Assembly: GCA_036405895.1 (NCBI GenBank)
Contig: DASWWS010000001.1
Span: 71,864 to 135,863 of the forward strand
From: Minisyncoccota bacterium
Lineage (GTDB): Bacteria; Patescibacteriota; Minisyncoccia; Phycocordibacterales; UBA9973
Reading direction: 5' to 3'
Length of the DNA: 64,000 bases
A program made the translations under genes and the position numbers. This document shows positions 57,415-64,000 of this stretch, piece after piece; position 1 is the first letter of the stretch, and every line of letters starts with the position of its first letter. Below the pieces are notes generated by a model that was given only the letters and a program-made list of their open reading frames with translations, searched no databases and was not told the origin of the DNA.

Positions 57415-57641
57415 ACAGAAGGTGGCACCGAGAAAACTTTCATAGCGGTTGAGCGCTCATTCGTATATGGATTGCATATACGATGAAGTGTATACAATCC
57501 AAACCCCTGAGGCCTCCAAAGATGTGAGTAACAAAAAGGTAAAACCTTATAGATACAATAGCACTGAGTCTGGGGAATAGATAGTATCGCGGGCGGGAAT
57601 GTGTGTTGTAACACTATCCTCTGTTATTCGTCTTAATAATC

Positions 57642-58127
57642 ATGAATACATCACACACCATAAAGCTCAGCATTGCCGCAATAGCGCTTCTCGTGACGGC
57701 AATTCTTATTTATTCGTTTACTGCAACACCTCAAAACCCTCCCCGCGAAGCAGTAGTGAAAAATACCTCAGAAGAATCAATTGAGGGGTGCTATGTACTG
57801 CGAAGAGACAAGGATGTGTATACCCTGAAAATCGATTCACACGACGAAGGAAAGGTTGCGGGAACGCTTGCGTATAAAAACTTCCAAAAGGACAGCTCGT
57901 CCGGAAGTTTTGAGGGAACCTATGAGGGAGAGACACTGCGCGGATACTATTCTTTTACTTCTGAAGGGACGGATTCAGTGCGTGAAGTGATATTCAAGAA
58001 AACGGACAACAGCTTTATTCAAGGCTTCGGCCCAGCCCAAACCATAGAAGGGAAGGAAGTGTTTGTTGACCCCACCGACATCACCTATGAGGGAACACTT
58101 ATCTTTGTTTCCGAACCATGTTCGTAA
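57642..58127 (+). CDS. Hypothetical membrane-anchored or secreted protein (161 aa)
   Basis: N-terminal TM segment IAAIALLVTAILIYSF. ORF followed by the terminator aaaaaaagcgcccaagggcgctttttt. Confidence 0.5.
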   Translation: MNTSHTIKLSIAAIALLVTAILIYSFTATPQNPPREAVVKNTSEESIEGCYVLRRDKDVYTLKIDSHDEGKVAGTLAYKNFQKDSSSGSFEGTYEGETLRGYYSFTSEGTDSVREVIFKKTDNSFIQGFGPAQTIEGKEVFVDPTDITYEGTLIFVSEPCS

Positions 58128-58175
58128 AGTTGTTGATACAAAAAAAGCGCCCAAGGGCGCTTTTTTCTTTTGCAT

Positions 58176-58574
58176 TTAGCTTCGATTGTTCAACAGTTGC
58201 TGGTATGCAGAGCGGTTTTGCCAGAGGAAGTACAGATTGAGTGCAAAAAGCACATTTCCCATTATCGCACCCGCAGTCAAAAGTCCGCCATCGAGGAATA
58301 GGTGGAAAGCTATGATGTTGATCGTGACCGGCAAGAGAAGGAGGGCTGCAAGCGCCATCCGCTTCATGATGATAAGGACAAGTGCAATCGCAAAGACAAG
58401 TGCGATCATTGCCGTGAGGTATCCGGTGGCAGAGAGCGCTTCAATAAATGCAAATGCCTCAGGGGTGTTGTACATTTCCGCAGTAGGAGCTGGGAAAAAT
58501 CCAAGCGCTCCAGCGATAGGGCTTACCAACAAAAAGCACAAAAGAACTTTTAAAATGATATTAATTATTTTCAT
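58176..58574 (-). CDS. Hypothetical small membrane protein
   Basis: Four predicted TM helices. Start trimmed to MKIINIIL. Confidence 0.45.
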   Translation of the reverse strand: MKIINIILKVLLCFLLVSPIAGALGFFPAPTAEMYNTPEAFAFIEALSATGYLTAMIALVFAIALVLIIMKRMALAALLLLPVTINIIAFHLFLDGGLLTAGAIMGNVLFALNLYFLWQNRSAYQQLLNNRS

Positions 58575-58678
58575 AAAGGTATTATTGCACAAATGAACCA
58601 CCAAGATATAGCGGTGTTGATTGACAAAGGGGGTGAGTAGGGTAGAGTGAAAAAAACCTTACCTTAAATAACAATATC

Positions 58679-59485
58679 ATGGAAGATAAAACAAAGACTG
58701 TAATGGCCCTGGGAAAGGCGCTTTTTCAGAGTATGAAATACCTCTCCAGTGACCAGCTTATGTATTGGGGGCGCAATGATGTAGCACTCTACAGAACACT
58801 CAGTGGAGCAACCGAACAAGAAGCAAAGCCACTATTTTTCGGACCCTGCATGAATTTGCATTCCCAAGACGGAACAAGTACGGTGGCGGGGAAATTTGCA
58901 GAAACATTTTTTCGCGTTGTGCAGGTATTGCCTGACAGGCATATTGCGCATTGGGCGAAGAACGAACAAAAGCTTAAAAAAATTCTTTCAACAAAAGCGC
59001 TTCCTGTTATAGGTGACATTCTTGATACCGTTTCGATTGGGGCGCAAGAAGCAAACACACTTCGGCATGTTTTATTGAAAAAGCCCTTTAGGACAAATAA
59101 TTTGTCTGTGGATATTCAGTCAAAATTGCCTGACATGGTTATGCGCACGCCTGCGCGCACCGCACTGTGCGCTCCGATCAATTGCTATCTTTCCTCAGAA
59201 GAAGCCATCAATCAGTTGGAGCAGTTGGTATCACTTGAACACAACGGACTGAGCGTTCAGCAAATACGCGTGCTTGCTCAAAAACAGAACCAAAAAGGCA
59301 AACAAGGATTACTGTCTCATGATGGGTATAATCATTTTTTGATGAGGTGTACAGACCACGCATTATTGTTTATGACCCTGCTGTGGCGCAGGTATGAGCG
59401 TGCACATAGCACTTCCGCAGCAGGGTCATGGGACTATTTTATCCATGATGATCTCAAACCCGGACGCTTGTTCATTTTGGAATAG
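58679..59485 (+). CDS. Hypothetical protein (268 aa)
   Basis: ORF followed by the hairpin terminator aaaacacgaccgtgaggccgtgttttttt. Confidence 0.5.
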   Translation: MEDKTKTVMALGKALFQSMKYLSSDQLMYWGRNDVALYRTLSGATEQEAKPLFFGPCMNLHSQDGTSTVAGKFAETFFRVVQVLPDRHIAHWAKNEQKLKKILSTKALPVIGDILDTVSIGAQEANTLRHVLLKKPFRTNNLSVDIQSKLPDMVMRTPARTALCAPINCYLSSEEAINQLEQLVSLEHNGLSVQQIRVLAQKQNQKGKQGLLSHDGYNHFLMRCTDHALLFMTLLWRRYERAHSTSAAGSWDYFIHDDLKPGRLFILE

Positions 59486-59526
59486 CGTACTGTAAAACAC
59501 GACCGTGAGGCCGTGTTTTTTTATTT

Positions 59527-59745
59527 TTATATACTCTTATATTCGAGGATATCTCCGGGCTGACAGTCGAGTGCTTTGCAAATCGCCTCAAGTGTTGAAA
59601 GCCGTATTGCTTTTGCCTTTCCGTTTTTAAGAATAGAGAGGTTGGACATCGTAATGCCGACACGTTCGGAGAGTTCGGTCACGCTCATTTTTCGCTTTGC
59701 GAGCATGACGTCTATGTTTATGATGATTCCCATACAATTAAACAA
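59527..59745 (-). CDS. XRE-family HTH transcriptional regulator (YozG-like)
   Basis: MSVTELSERVGITMSNLSILKNGKAKAIRLSTLEAICKALDCQPGDILEY fits the YozG-type pattern. Confidence 0.75.
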   Translation of the reverse strand: MFNCMGIIINIDVMLAKRKMSVTELSERVGITMSNLSILKNGKAKAIRLSTLEAICKALDCQPGDILEYKSI

Positions 59746-60235
59746 CTAAATCGTTCTCAGCTTTTATATCGATCGCATTTTGCAGGAGTTTTCGAAGCAC
59801 TGCTGCAAATGCCGCAACCACAAGGGGAGCGCACACAATGACCATGCCCATAATGATAAGCCCTGGAGCATCGTCCTTTTGCGCAATCATAAACATCACC
59901 GGCATTCCCGCTGCAAATGCCGCACTGATTGCAACCGCACAGTAGGTGATGTATTTGAGCGCTTTGATCGACTGTGCTGAAAAGGCATTGTTCTGATCGA
60001 TGTAATTGAGGAGCCTGAAGGCTTCGGCCACCGCAACAAAAAAGACTGCCACTGTCAGGTACGCTCCGAGCATAATAGGGTACTGCAAAGAAGGAAGTTC
60101 AATAAATTCCGAAACATCCCACGCTATGGAAGGAACGCCAAAAACGCACAGAGCAAGTACTATAGCGATGATAACAATGAGGGCGGCGCGCAGGAACCAC
60201 GTTGAACCTTTTTTAAATACTATTTCTTTATTCAT
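59738..60235 (-). CDS. DUF2975-like membrane protein, partner of the YozG-like regulator
   Basis: Four TM helices. It overlaps the regulator gene by 8 nt, which is the typical two-gene module arrangement. Confidence 0.55.
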   Translation of the reverse strand: MNKEIVFKKGSTWFLRAALIVIIAIVLALCVFGVPSIAWDVSEFIELPSLQYPIMLGAYLTVAVFFVAVAEAFRLLNYIDQNNAFSAQSIKALKYITYCAVAISAAFAAGMPVMFMIAQKDDAPGLIIMGMVIVCAPLVVAAFAAVLRKLLQNAIDIKAENDLVV

Positions 60236-60329
60236 ACAGCGATTCTAGCACTTTATTTATCGTTTTACAATAAATAAGTATCGTTTAATTAATAAAGAGC
60301 CCGTAGAGGCTCTTTATAGAGTGCGAGTA

Positions 60330-60881
60330 TTATTTAAATCTTGTAGGGTGGCACCAGTGGATTTTGTTACCATTCGGAAGCTCTTCCTCAGTTTCATAAC
60401 TGCTGATGTAGTTATAGGTTGATTTCAGTCCCACATCAAGATGTTGGTTTCCTTCGCTGTCGAGGACGATGTTGTGCACGGGGTACTTTTTCCCTTCTTT
60501 TAGTGGAGGACCGATTTCATTTCCCGGCAGAGGAGAAGCATTTACGCAGACAACTTCTTGGTCTATGGTAAACTTTTTTCTGCGAATACCGGTAATAAGT
60601 TCTTGCAAGAGAATGTTTTTAACGTTGTAGTGCGTGATACTATCCTCTCCAGTTTCCCTTTGGGGAAACTGTTCCCAGAGCACCTTCAGTGCAGTCTCCT
60701 GGTCACACCTTACTGCGGCTGCAACTTTTTCATTGTATTCTCTTAGTTCCCGGCGATAGTGGGTCTGAAGAGAATTTTCCTCATCGATGAATCCTGAGTG
60801 AGGAGGAGGGGTTGGCTTGTACAAGCCGGAAACAGCAAATATTTCCTGATTCGGATGTACCAATAATGCTACTGTTCTCAT
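60330..60881 (-). CDS. Hypothetical protein (183 aa)
   Basis: ORF only. Confidence 0.45.
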   Translation of the reverse strand: MRTVALLVHPNQEIFAVSGLYKPTPPPHSGFIDEENSLQTHYRRELREYNEKVAAAVRCDQETALKVLWEQFPQRETGEDSITHYNVKNILLQELITGIRRKKFTIDQEVVCVNASPLPGNEIGPPLKEGKKYPVHNIVLDSEGNQHLDVGLKSTYNYISSYETEEELPNGNKIHWCHPTRFK

Positions 60882-60936
60882 ATTCTTCTTTTTAAGGGTT
60901 TAACGATTTTTCCTTACCTTACTCTGAATTAGGGTT

Positions 60937-61275
60937 TTGTCAATTAATTGCTACAATAATTTTATGCCTATAAAAAGAATTTCCGGTGGTACTGCACATA
61001 CACTCCCGGGCGATTTGCGAAAAGCGCTTTCGTCTTCTGTAAAGGCGCTTTCTGTGTGGGAAGACATAACGCCCTTGGCGCGCAATGAGTGGATCTGTTG
61101 GACGATATCCGTTAAAACCCTTGAAACACGAAAGCACCACGTTGTACGAGCAGTTGAGGAGCTCGCAGACGGGAAGCGCCGTCCGTGCTGCTGGATTGGA
61201 TGCGTGCACCGTACAGACAAGCCAATCAACGCAACACAGAAGTTTATTCTCGGTAAAAAATCTACTAAGAAATAA
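60937..61275 (+). CDS. YdeI/OmpD-associated (DUF1905/OmdA-like) family protein
   Basis: ISVKTLETRKHHVVRAVEELADGKRRP resembles the OmdA C-terminal motif. Confidence 0.45.
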   Translation: MSINCYNNFMPIKRISGGTAHTLPGDLRKALSSSVKALSVWEDITPLARNEWICWTISVKTLETRKHHVVRAVEELADGKRRPCCWIGCVHRTDKPINATQKFILGKKSTKK

Positions 61276-61343
61276 AAGGGAAAGGTGTTCGAACTGAATT
61301 GCAGGAGGTATAATTATATTGTTATAAGTCATAGTATATTTTT

Positions 61344-61793
61344 ATGGAAAAACTACACATGTCAGTCACAATAAACGCACCGCGCGAAAAAGTATGGGAT
61401 ACAATGCTCAGTGTCGATACTTATCCTCAGTGGACCACTGCATTTCACCCGGGGTCATACTATAAAGGTACTTTGGCGCAAGGAGAAAAATTTCTTTTCC
61501 TTGGTCCTGATGAAGAAGGAGGAGAAATGGGGATGGTAAGCCGGGTGGCAGAAATTCGCCCCCATGAGTTCATCTCATTTGAACATCTCGGCATTGTAAA
61601 AAACGGCGTTGAAGATACTGAGAGCGAAGAGGCAAAAAAGTGGGCGCCTGCATTTGAGAATTATACCTTTAATGAAGTAGAGGGTGGCACAGAGGTGGTC
61701 ATTGATCAGGATATAGAATCCGGCTACAAAGCGGAGTTTGAAAAAATGTGGCAAGAAGCGCTAGTGCTTTTGAAAGAGCTTGCGGAGAAATAG
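61344..61793 (+). CDS. SRPBCC (AHSA1/Bet v1-like) family protein
   Basis: MSVTINAPREKVWDTMLSVDTYPQWT... The fold pattern is typical of Activator-of-Hsp90-ATPase-like bacterial proteins. Confidence 0.6.
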   Translation: MEKLHMSVTINAPREKVWDTMLSVDTYPQWTTAFHPGSYYKGTLAQGEKFLFLGPDEEGGEMGMVSRVAEIRPHEFISFEHLGIVKNGVEDTESEEAKKWAPAFENYTFNEVEGGTEVVIDQDIESGYKAEFEKMWQEALVLLKELAEK

Positions 61794-61877
61794 TATTGGC
61801 CAGAATTCCTGGGAATATTGAAAAATAGCAGCTAAAATGCTATAGTTTTCCGGTCATTTGATAATAGAATAGTGTGT

Positions 61878-61949
61878 TCCCCTGTGGCGCAGCGGTAGCG
61901 CAGTTGCCTGTTAAGCAATTGGTCGTAGGTTCGAATCCTACCGGGGGAG
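61878..61949 (+). tRNA. tRNA-Asn (anticodon GTT)
   Basis: Acceptor TCCCCTG/CGGGGGA. D-stem GCGC/GCGC. Anticodon stem GTTGC/GCAAT with loop CTGTTAA. T-arm GTAGG-TTCGAAT-CCTAC. Discriminator G. Confidence 0.8.
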
Positions 61950-62092
61950 CACACTATTTTAGAAATGATAATAAGAAATCGCTGTAATGGCGGTTTTTTA
62001 TTTTGCCATAGGATTCGAACCGTGGTGCCTGTTTTTAAGGAGCAGTGCGACTATAAAAACAGCGCATTTCGACCGAAGGGAGAGGCGAAGAA

Positions 62093-62117
62093 TACCGGGG
62101 GAGCACACTATTTTAGA
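62093..62117 (+). repeat. 25-bp direct repeat of the tRNA-Asn 3' end and downstream sequence (the first copy is at 61939-61963). The two copies bracket a 129-bp mini-insert.
   Basis: TACCGGGGGAGCACACTATTTTAGA occurs twice. The insert contains a 9-bp inverted repeat CTGTTTTTA/TAAAAACAG and a tRNA T-arm-like fragment GGATTCGAACC. Confidence 0.7.
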
Positions 62118-62125
62118 TGATGGCT

Positions 62126-62157
62126 AAACAAAAACACCCGAAAGGGTGTTTTTGTTG
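62126..62157. terminator. Bidirectional intrinsic terminator
   Basis: aaacaaaaacacccgaaagggtgtttttgtt. Confidence 0.7.
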
Positions 62158-62158
62158 T

Positions 62159-62413
62159 TTAGCGTCTTAAAGCAAAATCGCCCTTTTGCACGCTTCGGCC
62201 GGTTGCAGGCGGAGTGTTCCAAAAATCAAAGCGAAACCATCCATATCCTTCAGGCGGGGTAGCGAGGAGCTCACGCGTGCCTGAAGGCGCGTATTCAAAC
62301 GCCCAGTGCCCATACGGTGCCGCTGTAGGTGCGAGCCACTCGCCACGCGCAATATGGGGCACTGCCACCCATACAAACAACACGAGGAATATAATTGCCA
62401 AAACCTTCTCCAT
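62159..62413 (-). CDS. Hypothetical small secreted or membrane protein (84 aa)
   Basis: N-terminal hydrophobic segment. ORF only. Confidence 0.4.
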   Translation of the reverse strand: MEKVLAIIFLVLFVWVAVPHIARGEWLAPTAAPYGHWAFEYAPSGTRELLATPPEGYGWFRFDFWNTPPATGRSVQKGDFALRR

Positions 62414-62461
62414 AAGGCTATACTACACTGCATTTTTTACAAATCAATCAATACACTCCAT

Positions 62462-63526
62462 ATGAACACACATCCCCGAAAAACAAAAATTGTCGCTACA
62501 ATCGGCCCTCGCTCTGAAAAACCTGAACGCTTTGCCGAGCTCCTTCATGCAGGTATCAATGTAGCCCGCACAAATATGAGCCATGACGACCAGGCTGTGC
62601 ACCAGGCCCGCATCGATACTATCCGTGAAGTTGCAGCTCAAGAAGGGAAGTCTATCGCCATCCTCCAAGACCTTTCAGGGCCAAAGATTCGCATCGGCGA
62701 CTTTGAAGACGGCTCTATCGAGCTTATCCCGGGGCACGAATTTATTCTCAGCGGTACAAAAGCAAGCGGGAATGCGTACAAAGTGTATTTCAACTATCCA
62801 AACATCGACAGCGACATCAAGCCGGGGCAGTTGCTCATGATTGACGACGGACGTCGAAAGCTTCGCGTAGACAAGGTAGAGAACGGAGATATCTACACCA
62901 CTATTTTGGTAGGAGGTGTTATTAAAAGCCGCCGAGGAGTAAATATTCCGAACGCCTTTCTTTCTATTTCTGCAATCACCGAAAAAGACAAGAGCGATCT
63001 TGAGTTTGGCATCAAGGCCGGAGTTGATTATGTCGCACTTTCATTTGTGCGCACTGCAAAAGACATTGAAGAATTGCGCGAACTAATCAAAAGCCACGGA
63101 GGCAACCAGATGATAATTGCAAAAATTGAAACACCGGAAGCGGTGGAAAAAATCGATGAGATTATTGAAGCGGTTGACGGCATTATGGTTGCCCGAGGCG
63201 ACCTTGCAATTGAAATCGGCCACGCAAAAGTGCCGGCAGTGCAGAAAATGCTCATTCGCAAGTGCAATGCGGCAGGCAAGCCTGTCATCGTTGCAACCCA
63301 AATGCTTGAAAGCATGATCAACGCTCCTGTACCTACCCGGGCTGAAGTATCCGATATCGCTCACTCTGTGTACGACGGAGCGGACGCAGTGATGCTCTCT
63401 GAAGAGAGCGCATTGGGGGAAAATGCACTTGAAGCGGTAACTATCATGGTGGAAACAATTGTTGAGACCGAGCGCGACATGGGTATTGACGCAAGCGCTC
63501 AAAAAGAGTGGAAAAGCCGGGCGTAA
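62462..63526 (+). CDS. pyk: Pyruvate kinase, short form (354 aa, no C-terminal regulatory domain)
   Basis: KIVATIGP...NVARTNMSHDD...LQDLSGPKIRIG...MVARGDLAIEI...VATQMLESM. Start trimmed to the ATG at 62462. Confidence 0.85.
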   Translation: MNTHPRKTKIVATIGPRSEKPERFAELLHAGINVARTNMSHDDQAVHQARIDTIREVAAQEGKSIAILQDLSGPKIRIGDFEDGSIELIPGHEFILSGTKASGNAYKVYFNYPNIDSDIKPGQLLMIDDGRRKLRVDKVENGDIYTTILVGGVIKSRRGVNIPNAFLSISAITEKDKSDLEFGIKAGVDYVALSFVRTAKDIEELRELIKSHGGNQMIIAKIETPEAVEKIDEIIEAVDGIMVARGDLAIEIGHAKVPAVQKMLIRKCNAAGKPVIVATQMLESMINAPVPTRAEVSDIAHSVYDGADAVMLSEESALGENALEAVTIMVETIVETERDMGIDASAQKEWKSRA

Positions 63527-63560
63527 CCCCACCTCTTTAATGGTGGTATACTATAAGAGT

Positions 63561-63917
63561 ATGACCATTTCAATCAAAGCAACAAATATGGAACTGACTG
63601 AGGCGTTGAAAGATTACGCTGAGAAACGGCTCTCAAGCATTGCAAAGTATGGCGCTATAGCAACTGTGGAAGCGGAGCTTGGAAAAAGCACGAACCATCA
63701 CCGAAACGGAGACATCTTTATTGCAAACGTAAATGTGACGACCTCTCTGGGAAAGCTCTATCGTGCAGAAACTGAAAAGGCAGACCTCTATGAAGCAATC
63801 GATATTGTGCGCGACGAATTGGTGCGAGAACTGAAAAGCGCAAAAGGAAAAGAGCACTCGCTCTTTAAGCGCGGAGCACAGCGCGTAAAAAACATGCTCA
63901 AAGGATTTCGCTCCTAG
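63561..63917 (+). CDS. hpf: Ribosome hibernation promoting factor (RaiA/HPF family, short)
   Basis: MTISIKATNMELTEALKDYAEKRLSSIAKY...ADLYEAIDIVRDELVRELK. Confidence 0.8.
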   Translation: MTISIKATNMELTEALKDYAEKRLSSIAKYGAIATVEAELGKSTNHHRNGDIFIANVNVTTSLGKLYRAETEKADLYEAIDIVRDELVRELKSAKGKEHSLFKRGAQRVKNMLKGFRS

Positions 63918-63918
63918 G

Positions 63919-64000
63919 ATGAAACAAAAGGGATTTACTTTAATAGAACTTCTCGTTGTTATTGCGGTAATCGGTATTTTGGCTTCTGTCATTCTGGCAT
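63919..64000 (+). CDS. Type IV pilin-like protein, paralog 5; the 3' end lies outside the window
   Basis: MKQKGFTLIELLVVIAVIGILASVILA... starts 2 nt after hpf. Confidence 0.75.
   Translation, partial: MKQKGFTLIELLVVIAVIGILASVILA

Noticed and set aside
61963-62092. tmRNA or second tRNA in the mini-insert
   Set aside because: GGATTCGAACC is present, but no acceptor/T-arm pairing and no tag reading frame can be built. The region is too short for tmRNA.

Overview
This 64-kb window is gene-dense bacterial chromosome and reads like a small-genome CPR/Patescibacteria-type organism. That placement is inference. It rests on five type IV pilin-like paralogs with near-identical N-termini (MKNRGFTLIELLVVIAVIGILASV), cohesin-like and dockerin-bearing surface proteins, a 16S gene with a large insertion and primer-site mismatches, and the rarity of Shine-Dalgarno motifs.

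The housekeeping content I can support is: secD (partial), secF, lemA, htpX, gyrB, thrS, rpmF, a NusB-NUDIX fusion, rnc, a short SMC, a class I RNR pair (ATP-cone NrdB plus short NrdA), RNase P RNA, secA, dnaE, rnhB, uppP, rsmE, pyk, hpf, one 16S rRNA and two tRNAs (Ser-GGA, Asn-GTT).

The most interesting part is a translationally coupled surface operon at about 4.4-12.2 kb. It encodes a 970-aa tail-fibre-like protein with a C-terminal S74-type intramolecular chaperone domain, then an FN3/poly-Gly protein ending in a canonical double dockerin, then two membrane-anchored cohesin-like proteins, then pilin paralogs. I propose it as a cohesin-dockerin-mediated surface attachment system.

Other notable items:
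- a ~190-nt insertion of three tandem hairpins inside the 16S gene;
- a degenerate anti-SD at the 16S 3' end;
- a family of nested GGACSGTCC palindromic intergenic repeats at three loci, two of them doubling as terminators;
- a 25-bp direct repeat of the tRNA-Asn 3' end that brackets a 129-bp mini-insert;
- a UvrD helicase fused to a Cas4/AddB-like Fe-S nuclease;
- two large orphan proteins of about 1100 aa each.

ORF-track N-termini were trimmed wherever the track had used TTG/GTG read-through upstream of an obvious ATG start. No CRISPR array or classical mobile element (IS or integrase) was found.
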